From NCBI GenBank assembly GCA_963667785.2, contig CAXXMU010000002.1:832001-896000 (forward strand): a DNA stretch of 64,000 nt. Direction: 5' to 3'. Origin of the DNA: Alphaproteobacteria bacterium (GTDB lineage: Bacteria > Pseudomonadota > Alphaproteobacteria > UBA828). The translations under genes were made by a program, and so were the position numbers. The stretch's first letter is position 1; each line of letters opens with the position of its first letter. Shown here piece after piece: positions 50,790-60,607 of the stretch. Under the pieces are notes generated by a model that was not told the origin of the DNA, searched no databases, and saw nothing but the letters and a program-made list of their open reading frames with translations.

Positions 50790-52874
50790 CTACAACGTCC
50801 TGCAGAGCCTGAAGGCGTCGAGCACGGCGGCGTAGATGTTGCGGCTGGAGACCGCGTCGCCGATGCGGTAGAGGCGGAAGCCGCCGTCCCCTTCCCCGTC
50901 GTCGCCCCCTTCCCCGTCCGCGCCGTCTTCCTCCGGCTGTGGCCGGCCCGCCAGCAGCGCCGCCTGGTCGAGCACGCCGCGGTTGACGGCCACCCCCGCG
51001 AGGCCGCGAAAGAGCGCGTCGGCCGGGCGGGTGCCGTGCTCGACCACGATGCGGCCGGTCTCGTGCACCTCCGCCTCGTCGGTGAGCTCGTTGCGGAAGC
51101 TGACGCGGAGCCGGTTGCCCGCGCGCTCCACCCGCTCCAGCCGCCGGTCGAGCTGGGGCTCGATGCCGAGCTCGTAGGTGCGCTTGCGCCAGATCACCTG
51201 CTCGGAATAGGCCATCTCCATGGCGAGGTGGCCGTCGAGGCCGAAGAACGCCACCGCGCCGCCGGCGCTTACGATCGCCTCGGCCGCCGTCAGCGCGGCG
51301 TGGCGGCCGGTCCCGTCATAGACGATCGAGTCCTCGGCCGGCGGCACCGCGCCCGTGAGCACGTCGCGGACGCTGGTGCAGTGCTCGGCGCCGTCGATCC
51401 AGGCGAGGTCGGGCACGCCGCCGGTGGCGACGATGACGATGTCGGCGCCCTCGAGGGCAGCGTCGCCGGTCTCGACGGCCGTGCCGAGGCGGACCTCGAC
51501 GCCGAGCCGCTCGAGCTCGCGCGCCCGCCAGTCGACGATCCCCGCCAGCTCGCCGCGCCAGCTCGCCTGCGCCGCCAGCAGCACCTGCCCGCCGAGGTCG
51601 CCGGTCGCCTCGCAGAGCAACACCCGATGGCCCCGCTCGGCTGAGACCCGCGCGGCCTCGAGCCCCGCCGGCCCGCCACCCGCGACCAGCACCCGAAGCC
51701 TCGTCTCCGCCCGCTCGACCGCGTGCGGCAGCTCCCGCTCGTGGCCGGTCGAGGGATTGTGCAGGCAGGTCGGGCGCTGCGCGCTCATGCAGTGGGTGGC
51801 GCCGACGCAGGGGCGCACGCGATGCCCCTCGCCCCGCGCGAGCCTGGCGACCAGCGCGGGGTCGGCGATGTGGGCGCGGGTCATCGCCACCATGTCCAGC
51901 AGGCCGCCCTGGATCGCGCGCCGCGCCGTCTCGAGCGAGGTGATGCGCGTCGCGTGGAAGACCGGCAGCCCCACCCGCTCCCTGAAGGCGCCGGCGCGGG
52001 CGAGGAACGGCGCCTCGGGCGCGGCCATGCCGGGCATGCAGTCCTCGGCGAGCTTCCGCTCCGTGTCCATGCGGCCGTAGATCGCGTTGAAGAAGTCGAT
52101 GGTGCCGGACGCCTCGAAGAGGGCGGCGATCTCGATACTGTCCTCGAAGCTGAGGTGGTCGGGGCCCGCCTCGTCGATGATGAAGCGCATGCCGACGATG
52201 AAGTCCTCGCCCACACGCGCGCGGATCGCCTCGTGCACCATCAGCCCGAAGCGGCAGCGGTTCGCGAGCGAGCCGCCGTAGCGGTCGGTGCGGCGGTTGG
52301 TCGCGGGCGAGAGGAACTGGCCGATGAGGTGGGCGCCGGTGAAGGTCTCGATGCCGTCGAGCCCGCCGTCGCGGCAGCGCTCCGCGGCTTGCGCGAAGTC
52401 CGCCACCACCCGGCGGATGTCGCGCTCGTCCATCTCGCGGGCGAAGGCCCGGTGCAGGGTCTCGCGCACCGGCGAGGGGCCGATCGGCGGGAGCGCCGCG
52501 CCGGCATAGGGCTCGGCCCGCCCGCCGACATGGCTCACCTGGCACATGAGCGCAGCGCCATGGGCGTGGATGCGGCGCGAGAACGCCCGGAAGTGCTCGA
52601 CCACGCGCTCGTCGTGCAGCTCGATCTGCGGCAGTTGCCACGCGGACTCCGGCGAGACGTTGGACGAGCCGCCGAACATGGTGAGCGCGAGCCCGCCCTC
52701 CGCCTTGGCCTCGTGGTAGCGCTGGTAGCGCTCCCCCGGCATGCCGCCCTCGGCCAGCCCGCAGGCGTGGCTCGTGCTCATGATGCGGTTCTTCAGGGTG
52801 AGGTGCTTCAGGCGGAACGGCTGGAGCAGCGGGTCGGTCGCGGCGTCGCGCGATGACGGCACGCTCTGGGGCAT
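50790..52874 (-). CDS. NADH:flavin oxidoreductase (OYE + Fe-S + FAD), StcD/HpbA/DgcA-like N-demethylase family
   Basis: DPLLQPFRLKHLTLKNRIMSTSH, QFLSP, RPCVGATHC...CLHN, GGGPAGLEAA. Confidence 0.85.
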   Translation of the reverse strand: MPQSVPSSRDAATDPLLQPFRLKHLTLKNRIMSTSHACGLAEGGMPGERYQRYHEAKAEGGLALTMFGGSSNVSPESAWQLPQIELHDERVVEHFRAFSRRIHAHGAALMCQVSHVGGRAEPYAGAALPPIGPSPVRETLHRAFAREMDERDIRRVVADFAQAAERCRDGGLDGIETFTGAHLIGQFLSPATNRRTDRYGGSLANRCRFGLMVHEAIRARVGEDFIVGMRFIIDEAGPDHLSFEDSIEIAALFEASGTIDFFNAIYGRMDTERKLAEDCMPGMAAPEAPFLARAGAFRERVGLPVFHATRITSLETARRAIQGGLLDMVAMTRAHIADPALVARLARGEGHRVRPCVGATHCMSAQRPTCLHNPSTGHERELPHAVERAETRLRVLVAGGGPAGLEAARVSAERGHRVLLCEATGDLGGQVLLAAQASWRGELAGIVDWRARELERLGVEVRLGTAVETGDAALEGADIVIVATGGVPDLAWIDGAEHCTSVRDVLTGAVPPAEDSIVYDGTGRHAALTAAEAIVSAGGAVAFFGLDGHLAMEMAYSEQVIWRKRTYELGIEPQLDRRLERVERAGNRLRVSFRNELTDEAEVHETGRIVVEHGTRPADALFRGLAGVAVNRGVLDQAALLAGRPQPEEDGADGEGGDDGEGDGGFRLYRIGDAVSSRNIYAAVLDAFRLCRTL

Positions 52875-53190
52875 GAGTCCGGTCTCCGGCGGCTGAGGCA
52901 CGCGGCGCAGGCCGGTGCGAGCCCATCGCCGCTCAGGATAGTGGCGTCGAAGCGTACGCGCAGCCCTTCAGCGCCGGCTTAGCCCGCGTGCCCGATTGTT
53001 CCGGCGTCCGCGCGGGTCTACACTGATACAGGCAGCCGGGGCCCGTCCGGGGCTCCGGCTCGACCGGCAGAGGGGTGCGGCCCCGCGCGCTCGACCCGCA
53101 TGGCGGCGAGAGCGGTACGCCGGCAAGAGCAACAACAGGGGCAGCGTGGCCGCCGCGCGCCGACCGCCGGTCGGGCGAGAGGGGGCGACC

Positions 53191-54492
53191 ATGACGCAGA
53201 CTCTGTTCACCAACATCATGATCTTCGACGGCTCCGGCAAGAAGACCTACCGGGGCGAGGTGCTGGTCCAGGGCAACCGCATCAAGAAGGTCTCGAAGGG
53301 CAAGAAGAAGCTCGCGCGGAACGGCGCCCAGGTGGTCGACGGCGGCGGCGCGACGCTGATGCCGGGCCTCATCAACGGTCACTCCCACATCGGCTATTCC
53401 GAGGAGGGGACGTCCCTCTACTCCCTCGGCGATACGCCGCCCGAGGAGAACACGCTCATCACGATGAAGCACGCGCAGATCCTCCACGATCACGGGTTTA
53501 CCGCCCTGGTCTGCGCCGCGACGGGCAAGACCCGAATGGACATCGTGATCCGGAACGCCGTCGACGCCGGCGAGATGGCGGGCCCGCGCATCCTCGCCGC
53601 CTCGCCGGAGCTGACGGTCACCGGCGGCCTCGGCGACGCGCGCCAGCTCCACATGCACCACGGCGCCTTCTCGATCATCTGCGACGGGGAGGAGGAGTTC
53701 CGCCGCACGGCGCGGATGCTGTGCCGCGAAGGCGTCGACATCCTCAAGATCATGCCGTCGGGCGACGAGTTCATCTATCCCTACGGCCGGGGCGACACGA
53801 CCGTGATGACGGAGGAGGAGGTGGCGGCGGTCTGCCAGGTCGCCCGGCAGCGCAACCGGCGCGTCTGCGCCCACGCGCGGACCTCGGAATCGGTCAGGCT
53901 CTGCCTCAAGTACGGCGTCAACATCATCCACCACGCGACCTACGCCGACGACGAGACCATCGACATGCTGGTGGCGGCCAAGGACGAGGTCTTCGTCGTG
54001 CCGGCCATCGGCATCACCCACAACACGGCCTACGAGTCCGCCGAGTTCGGCATGCCGCCGGAGAGCGAGATCGCGCTCCGGCACCACCACGAGCTCGCCA
54101 TCGTCAGCGAGACCATGAAGAAGCTGCATGCGCGCGGCGTGCGCGTGCTCCCCTTCGGCGACTACGCCTTCGCCTGGGTGCCGCACGGAACGGATGCGCG
54201 GGACTTCGAGCACTTCGTCAACTACTTCGGGTTCACCCCGGCCGAGGTGCTGCATGCCGCGACGAAGCTCGGCGGCGAGCTCTACGCCTTCGCCAACGCG
54301 CAAGGAACCGGGATTCCCGAGATGGGCGAGGTCAGGGAAGGCTATCTCGCCGACCTCATCATGATCGACGGCGATCCGCTGGCGGATCTCACGCTCTTCC
54401 AGGACAAGGAAAACATCCTCATGGTGATGAAGGACGGCGCCTACCACAGGCCGCCCCAGCCGCGCCGGCGGGTGGCGGCTGCGGCGGAGTGA
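53191..54492 (+). CDS. metal-dependent amidohydrolase (prolidase-like subgroup)
   Basis: LMPGLINGHSH, ILKIMPSGD, AHAR, IHHAT, GYLADL. Confidence 0.88.
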   Translation: MTQTLFTNIMIFDGSGKKTYRGEVLVQGNRIKKVSKGKKKLARNGAQVVDGGGATLMPGLINGHSHIGYSEEGTSLYSLGDTPPEENTLITMKHAQILHDHGFTALVCAATGKTRMDIVIRNAVDAGEMAGPRILAASPELTVTGGLGDARQLHMHHGAFSIICDGEEEFRRTARMLCREGVDILKIMPSGDEFIYPYGRGDTTVMTEEEVAAVCQVARQRNRRVCAHARTSESVRLCLKYGVNIIHHATYADDETIDMLVAAKDEVFVVPAIGITHNTAYESAEFGMPPESEIALRHHHELAIVSETMKKLHARGVRVLPFGDYAFAWVPHGTDARDFEHFVNYFGFTPAEVLHAATKLGGELYAFANAQGTGIPEMGEVREGYLADLIMIDGDPLADLTLFQDKENILMVMKDGAYHRPPQPRRRVAAAAE

Positions 54493-54609
54493 ACCCGGCG
54501 ATACCCCTTCGCACCGGCTGACGGCCCGCCCTCGGGCCGCGGTCTCTTTCCCTCCGCCGGCTCGCCTGGGGCGTGTAGGATGCGCGCGCCCCCGGAGGGA
54601 GCGAGCGGC

Positions 54610-55950
54610 ATGGAGAGATACCTCCCGAGCCTCGGAGCGGACGCGCTCAAGGGCGTGCCCGCGTTCGGCGACTACGACGTCGTGGTGATCGGCGGCGGAC
54701 CCGCCGGCATCGCCGCCTCCACCACCGCCGCCGAGCTGGGGCACCGGACGCTGCTGATCGAGCGGCTGGGCTATTGCGGCGGGGCGGCGGTCTCCGGCAT
54801 GTCGGGCACCATCTGCGGCCTCTATCTCACCGTGGAGGAGCCGCGCATCACCCAGCCGCAGCAGGTCGTCTTCGGCTTCGCCGAGCGCTTCCGCGCCGCG
54901 CTGGAGGCGGAGGGCGGCGTCACCCGCCCGCAGATCTACGGCAAGAGCTGGGTGGTGACCCACGACTGCGCGACCTACAAGCGCGTCGCCACCGACCTGG
55001 TGCGCAGCGCCGGCGTCGATGCGCTCTACCACACGCAGATGATCGACGTGATCGTGGACGACGACGCCCTCGCCGGCCTCGTCCTGCTCACCAAGTCGGG
55101 CTTCACCAGGGTGGGCGCCACGCGGGTGATCGACGCCAGCGGCGATGCCGACGCCGTCTTCAAGATGGGGCTGCACACCACCAAGGGGAACGACGGCGTC
55201 ATCCAGAACCCGACGATGATGTTCAAGATCGGCAATGTCGACGTGCCGCGCTATCTCGCCTACTGGGGCGAGGACACGATCTCGCCGCCCAAGGTGATCT
55301 CCATGCTGGAAGCGCGCGACGAGCTGGTGCGGAAGAAGGTCTGGCTCTTCCCGACCGTGAACCCCGGCGAGATGCTGGTGAACGCTACCAAGATCATCGG
55401 CTTCGACGGCCGGGCTCTGGACGTGACGGACCCGGTCGACCATACCGAAGCGGAGCAGTTCGGCATCTACCAGGCGCGCGCCTTTTTCTCCTTCCTCAAG
55501 GAGACCATTCCCGGCTGCGAAAACGCCTATTTCATCGACTATGGCGCCGAGGTCGGCGTGCGGCAAACCCGCTCGATCGACGGCGTTGCGCGCCTGATGA
55601 ACGCCGACGTGGTGGAGACGCGCAAGTGCCCGGACGCCATCGCCCGCTCGAGCTGGCCCATCGAGCTTCACCAGGGCGCCAAGCCCAAGACGGAGTGGCT
55701 GGTGGACGACTATTACGAGGTCCCCTTCGGCACTCTCGTACCGAAGGAGGGCCGCAACGTCATCGTCGCCGGCCGCTGCCTCAGCGCCGAGCACGAGGCT
55801 CTCGCGAGCTGCCGCGTCACCGCCCAGTGCTTCGAGTACGGCCGCGCCGCCGCGATTGCCACGGACCTCTCGATCCGCGACGACATCGCCTTCCGGGAGA
55901 TCGACGGCGTCGCCGTCGCCCAACGCATGGGGGCGGACCGCGCGGTCTAG
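54610..55950 (+). CDS. FAD-dependent oxidoreductase (FAD_oxidored type)
   Basis: IGGGPAG, IDASGDAD, GVRQTR, AGRCLS, RVTAQC. Confidence 0.88.
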   Translation: MERYLPSLGADALKGVPAFGDYDVVVIGGGPAGIAASTTAAELGHRTLLIERLGYCGGAAVSGMSGTICGLYLTVEEPRITQPQQVVFGFAERFRAALEAEGGVTRPQIYGKSWVVTHDCATYKRVATDLVRSAGVDALYHTQMIDVIVDDDALAGLVLLTKSGFTRVGATRVIDASGDADAVFKMGLHTTKGNDGVIQNPTMMFKIGNVDVPRYLAYWGEDTISPPKVISMLEARDELVRKKVWLFPTVNPGEMLVNATKIIGFDGRALDVTDPVDHTEAEQFGIYQARAFFSFLKETIPGCENAYFIDYGAEVGVRQTRSIDGVARLMNADVVETRKCPDAIARSSWPIELHQGAKPKTEWLVDDYYEVPFGTLVPKEGRNVIVAGRCLSAEHEALASCRVTAQCFEYGRAAAIATDLSIRDDIAFREIDGVAVAQRMGADRAV

Positions 55951-56031
55951 ACGCAGCAGGTAGAGAGAATGAATAATCGCTTATTATCTGCTAGCTATAC
56001 TATTTAGTTAATCTCGCACGAGAAGCACCGG

Positions 56032-57162
56032 ATGCTCCCTGTCACCGTCGAGCGGATCGAGCTGCTGGCGATCGGACCCGATGGCGAGAAGACCTCCTGG
56101 TCCTCCCACCTCGGTCCCATGCACGAGGCGCTGATCCTCGCGCGGCTCGGTCTCGCCAACGGTGTGGACGCGGTCGCGGGCACCACCACCTATACCGAGC
56201 ACGAGTTCGACAGGACAGTGTTCTCCGCCGCGTCGCTGATGGCGCCGTTCGTGCTGGGACGCGACGTGTTCGAGAGCGCCGCGCTCTACGCCGACATGCG
56301 CAGGCGCTCCGTGCCGCTCGGCCATATGGCGACCTCTCTTTTCGACATCGCTTTGCATGACGGCCAGGCAAAATCACTGGAGAAGCCGGCGCCGCTTTAC
56401 CGCATGCTCGGCGGCGTACGGCACGAGATCGAGGCCTATGCGTCGAGTCCGCTGTTTCCGGTCGATAGCGCCTATGTCGACTATTGCAGAACCATGATCG
56501 GCCGCGGTTATCGGGCGATCAAGATTCATCCCTATTGCGTGCTGGACGACGACCTGCGCCTGGTGCACGCGCTGGTCGAGGAATTCGCGGACCAGGAGAT
56601 CGGCTGGAGCCTGGATTCGGACGGGATGTACACGCGCGACCAGGCGCTCCGCATGGGACGGGTCCTCGATGCGGCCGGGTGGGAGTTCTTCGAGGCGCCG
56701 CTGCCCGATGCCGACCTCGACGGCTACCGGGCGCTGGCGTGCGCGCTCGACCTCGACGTGATCTGCGGCGGGAACAGCCTCCCCGACCTCCGCCTGATCG
56801 GCCTTGCGCTGGAGATGGGCGCCTGGGACCGGGTCCGCTTCGACGCGACCGGGATCGGCGGCGTCACCGGCGGCCGCGAGGCCATGGCGCTCGCGGACGC
56901 ACACGGCAGGAAGGGCGAGATCCAGAGCTGGGGCTACACGCTGACGCAGGCGGCCAACCTCCACCTCATGCTCGCCCATGCCAATTGCGACCGCTTCGAG
57001 CAGGCGACGCCGGCGGAGAAGTACGAGTTCGGCGCGCGCCAGGTCGTCCGCCCGGACGCCGACGGCCTCGTCCGCCCGAGCGGCCTGCCCGGCCTCGGCG
57101 TCGAGATGGACCGCGACGCGATCGAGCCCTTCGTCTACGCCCGCCGCGCGTTCCGGCGATGA
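56032..57162 (+). CDS. mandelate racemase/muconate lactonizing enzyme family protein
   Basis: DIALHD, AYASS, KIH, FFEAP, PGLGVE. Confidence 0.88.
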   Translation: MLPVTVERIELLAIGPDGEKTSWSSHLGPMHEALILARLGLANGVDAVAGTTTYTEHEFDRTVFSAASLMAPFVLGRDVFESAALYADMRRRSVPLGHMATSLFDIALHDGQAKSLEKPAPLYRMLGGVRHEIEAYASSPLFPVDSAYVDYCRTMIGRGYRAIKIHPYCVLDDDLRLVHALVEEFADQEIGWSLDSDGMYTRDQALRMGRVLDAAGWEFFEAPLPDADLDGYRALACALDLDVICGGNSLPDLRLIGLALEMGAWDRVRFDATGIGGVTGGREAMALADAHGRKGEIQSWGYTLTQAANLHLMLAHANCDRFEQATPAEKYEFGARQVVRPDADGLVRPSGLPGLGVEMDRDAIEPFVYARRAFRR

Positions 57163-58304
57163 GCGTCAGCATCGAGCGGGTGGAGGTGATCTGCCTCCAG
57201 GACCCGGCAGCCCGCTACTACCGCTTCGAGGGCAGCTACCGGAACGTGCTCGTGCTCGTCCACGGCGACAACGGGCTCACGGGCATCGGCGAGAGCGACG
57301 CCCCGCCAGAGATCGTCCGGGCGGTCATCGCGATGGCGCCCTACAACGAGCGCGCCGAGGGGCTCGCCGCCATCGTGACCGGCGAGGCCGTGGACGACCC
57401 GCGCCGCCTGTGGGACGCGATGCGCGCGCGCTCGGCGTGGCACGGCCGGCGCGGCGCGGCGATGCACGCGATCAGCGCGCTCGACATCGCCATCTGGGAC
57501 CTCTTCGCCCGCTCGAACGGGATCCCGCTCTGCGCGGCGCTGGGCGGCGCGCGCCACGAGCGCCTGCCGGCCTACGCGACGCTCTATCCCCTGGAGGACG
57601 AGCCCGCGCACATCGACGCCCAGGTCGCGCCCCTGCTGGAGCAGGGCTTCCGCCACCTGAAGATCTGCGTCGAGCCGTGGTGGGCGGAGCCGGAGCGGGT
57701 GCGGCGGAACCTCACGCACCTGCGGGCGCTGGTGGGGCCGGCGCGCGGCCTGATGCTCGATGTCGCGCAGGAGTTCACGCGGCTGGACCAGCTCGCGCCC
57801 TTCCTCGACCTGCTGGCCGCGCTGGACTTCGCCTGGATCGAGTCGCCCTTCCCGCAGGAGGATGTCGCCGAGCACGCGCGGCTCGGCGCCGCGACGCGCA
57901 TCCCCATCGGCGTCGGCGACCTGGGCCTCACCACCTGCGGGGAGTTCGAGCCCTTCCTCGAGGCCGGCGCCTTCGACATCGCCCAGCCGGACCTGACCAT
58001 GTTCGGCGGCTTCACCGAGGCGCTGCGGCTCGCGCGGATGCTGGCGGGCACCGGCAGGCGGATCGTGCCGCACGGCTACAACACCGACATCACCATCGCG
58101 GCCAACCTTCACTTCATGGCGACGCTGGAGAGGGCTGACCTCGTCGAGGTCTCGACCAGCCCCTCGCGCCTTCGCCGCGAGCTGGTCCGGGGCCTCCCGC
58201 CGCTCGGAGACGACGGGACGATCACCGTTCCCGACGGGCCGGGCCTCGGCATCGAGGTGAACGCCGAGGTGGTGGACGCGCTGCGCGTCCAAGTCACTTC
58301 CTGA
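57159..58304 (+). CDS. mandelate racemase/muconate lactonizing enzyme family protein
   Basis: GIGE, AISALDIAIWD, LMLD, WIESP, QPD, GPGLGIE; ATGA overlap with upstream gene. Confidence 0.88.
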   Translation: MSVSIERVEVICLQDPAARYYRFEGSYRNVLVLVHGDNGLTGIGESDAPPEIVRAVIAMAPYNERAEGLAAIVTGEAVDDPRRLWDAMRARSAWHGRRGAAMHAISALDIAIWDLFARSNGIPLCAALGGARHERLPAYATLYPLEDEPAHIDAQVAPLLEQGFRHLKICVEPWWAEPERVRRNLTHLRALVGPARGLMLDVAQEFTRLDQLAPFLDLLAALDFAWIESPFPQEDVAEHARLGAATRIPIGVGDLGLTTCGEFEPFLEAGAFDIAQPDLTMFGGFTEALRLARMLAGTGRRIVPHGYNTDITIAANLHFMATLERADLVEVSTSPSRLRRELVRGLPPLGDDGTITVPDGPGLGIEVNAEVVDALRVQVTS

Positions 58305-58566
58305 AGAGGTCGGCGTGAGAGCCGGTGCGGGCCAGCTGCAATTCGTCCCCCTTCACGCGGTAGATGAGGAGCCAGTCCGGCTCGAGATGAATTTCGCGGT
58401 ACTCGTGCCATTTTCCCCGCAGCGGATGATCGCGATACCGTGCGGGCAGGAGGTCCCGCCGCATGAGTGCCTCCAGCGGCGGCCGGAGCTTGGCGAGGTC
58501 CTTGCCCCGCCTCTTCGCCCGCTTTACGTCCCGCCTGAATTGCGTTGAGGTGACGGGGGTCAGCAC
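58294..58566 (-). CDS. yafQ: type II TA toxin, YafQ family
   Basis: FRRDVK, DHPLRG, HLEPDWLLIY, RTGSHADLF. Confidence 0.92.
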   Translation of the reverse strand: MLTPVTSTQFRRDVKRAKRRGKDLAKLRPPLEALMRRDLLPARYRDHPLRGKWHEYREIHLEPDWLLIYRVKGDELQLARTGSHADLFRK

Positions 58567-58567
58567 G

Positions 58568-58825
58568 TCAGGCGCCGATGTCCTCGAACAGGTCCGCGGC
58601 GCCGGTGTGGCGCTTGCCCTTGCCGTCGTCCAGCTCCTTCATCGCTTCCACGGTGGTGGCGTTCGGCACGTGAACGGCGAACGGCAGGCGCTTCTCGTCG
58701 GCCACCCGCAGCAGCAGCAGGCGGATCGCGTCGGATACCGTCAAGCCCATGGCGTGAAGGGCCTCGGTGGCGCGCGCCTTGGTATCGCTGTCGATGCGTG
58801 CCCGCACCACGGAATCGGCCGGCAT
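58568..58825 (-). CDS. dinJ: type II TA antitoxin, DinJ/RelB family
   Basis: VRARID, GLTVSDAIR, LPF, PNATT. Confidence 0.9.
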   Translation of the reverse strand: MPADSVVRARIDSDTKARATEALHAMGLTVSDAIRLLLLRVADEKRLPFAVHVPNATTVEAMKELDDGKGKRHTGAADLFEDIGA

Positions 58826-58842
58826 GTGTACCCCTCCAGGTT

Positions 58843-58863
58843 TGTGGCTATAGTGTAGCTACA
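58843..58863. promoter_or_regulatory. putative TA autoregulatory operator
   Basis: TGTGGCTATA followed by perfect palindrome TGTAGCTACA, just upstream of the antitoxin. Confidence 0.55.
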
Positions 58864-59062
58864 TGAGGAAGCCGGTACAACCGCAGCCCGAGTGCGGCGC
58901 CGGGGCGTCCCGCTGATGGCCGGCCCTCCGCCGGAACGGTGCCGGAGGGCGTCGCGATCCGGCCAATTTGGTGCGGATTCGCAGTAGCCCCGGCGATCCG
59001 CCCCGCGATAGCCTGTGTGAAGAACCGGCCGGCCCGGCCCCCGGCACACGGAGAACGCAGCC

Positions 59063-60262
59063 ATGGCTGAGCACTGGTGGGAAAGCAGCGCGCAGGCGGC
59101 CGAAGCGCTTGCGCACGTCGTCCGCCCGATCGAGCAGGCGGGCGGCCTGCCCAACGAGGCCTACGTCTCGCACGCGTTCGCAGACTGGGAGCAGGACGTG
59201 CTGCTCGCCCGGAGCTGGGCCTGCATCGGCACCGGCAGGCGCGTGCCGGAGCCGGGCGATGCGCGACCGATCGAGTTCGCCGGCCTGCCGCTCCTCATGG
59301 TGCGCGGGAACGACGGCGCGGTGCGCGTCTTCCACAACGTCTGCAGCCACCGCGGCATGATCCTGGTGGACGAGCCCCAGCGGACGCGCGGCACCATCCG
59401 CTGCCCCTACCACTCGTGGACCTACGACCTGGACGGCTCGCTTCGCGCCACGCCGATGATCGGCGGCACCGACAGCCACACCTGCCCGAGCTTCGAGCGG
59501 GCACAGAACGGCCTCAAGCCGGTGCGGACGGCCACGTGGTTCGACGCCGTGTTCGTCAACCTGCGCGGGGACGCGGCGCCCTTCGAGACCTTCATCGCGC
59601 CGGTGGCCGAACGCTGGAAGGATTTCGACGCTGCCACGCTGCATCACGAGGCGCGCGATTCCTCCTACATCCTCGACGTCGCCTGCAACTGGAAGCTCGC
59701 GGTGGAGAACTTCTGCGAGGCCTACCACCTGCCCTGGATCCACCCCAACCTCAACAGCTACTCCCGGCTCGAGGACCACTACCAGATCACCGAGGAGGAG
59801 GACGGCTACGCCGGCCAGGGCAGCACCGCCTACCGGCCGCAGCTCGTGGAGAACGGCGACGCCTTCCCCGCCATGCCGGACCTGCCGGAACGCTGGCACG
59901 GCACGGCGGAATACGTGGCGCTGTTCCCGACCGCGCTGTTCGGCATCCACGCGGATCACTTCTACACGGTGACGCTGGAGCCGAAGGGCCCGGGCCGGAC
60001 CATCGAGCACATGGACATCTACTACTTCGCCGACGAGGCGCTGGACGAGGCCCACACCGAGCAGCGCCGGGCCAACGCCCGGCTCTGGCAGGGCATCTTC
60101 GAGGAGGACCGCTTCGTCGTCGAAGGCATGCAGCGCGGCCGCGCCTCGCCCGCCTATCGCGGCGGCGTGCTCTCGCCGGCGCTCGAGCGCACGACCCACT
60201 GCTTCTACCGCTGGGTGGCGACCCGGCTGCTGCAGGCGAGCCAGGCCAACCGCGCGGCCTGA
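59063..60262 (+). CDS. Rieske non-haem iron oxygenase alpha subunit (choline monooxygenase/demethylase-like)
   Basis: CSHRG...CPYHSW Rieske motif; NWK..ENF.E.YH...IH; ED. Confidence 0.92.
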   Translation: MAEHWWESSAQAAEALAHVVRPIEQAGGLPNEAYVSHAFADWEQDVLLARSWACIGTGRRVPEPGDARPIEFAGLPLLMVRGNDGAVRVFHNVCSHRGMILVDEPQRTRGTIRCPYHSWTYDLDGSLRATPMIGGTDSHTCPSFERAQNGLKPVRTATWFDAVFVNLRGDAAPFETFIAPVAERWKDFDAATLHHEARDSSYILDVACNWKLAVENFCEAYHLPWIHPNLNSYSRLEDHYQITEEEDGYAGQGSTAYRPQLVENGDAFPAMPDLPERWHGTAEYVALFPTALFGIHADHFYTVTLEPKGPGRTIEHMDIYYFADEALDEAHTEQRRANARLWQGIFEEDRFVVEGMQRGRASPAYRGGVLSPALERTTHCFYRWVATRLLQASQANRAA

Positions 60263-60283
60263 GCGAGCGGCGGCGCGGCCGGA

Positions 60284-60598
60284 TCAGATCTCGCAGGCGT
60301 CGCCGTTGCAGCCCTGCTTGTCTCGCCCGAACAGAAGGCGAAGCGGGGGCAGGTAGAGGGCGAGGCCCAAGGGGACGTAGAGCGGCACCTGCAGGCAGAG
60401 CTTGCGCGTGGCAAAGACGCCGGTGAACGCCCTGCCGCTCCCCTTCTCGATCACCACGATCTCGCCGACGGGCACCGGGCCGAGCGGCGAGGCGTCCGTC
60501 CGCATCTCGATGTGGCCGAGCCAGTCCAGGCGCGCGGTCAGCTTCGCCTGTCGCACGCAGTCCGGGCAGCGCGGGTTGTAGTAGAGCGATACGCTCAT
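60284..60598 (-). CDS. DCC1-like thiol-disulfide oxidoreductase family protein
   Basis: YYNPRCPDC N-terminal CxxC; C-terminal CNGDACEI. Confidence 0.65.
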   Translation of the reverse strand: MSVSLYYNPRCPDCVRQAKLTARLDWLGHIEMRTDASPLGPVPVGEIVVIEKGSGRAFTGVFATRKLCLQVPLYVPLGLALYLPPLRLLFGRDKQGCNGDACEI

Positions 60599-60607
60599 CC
60601 CGTGCGC

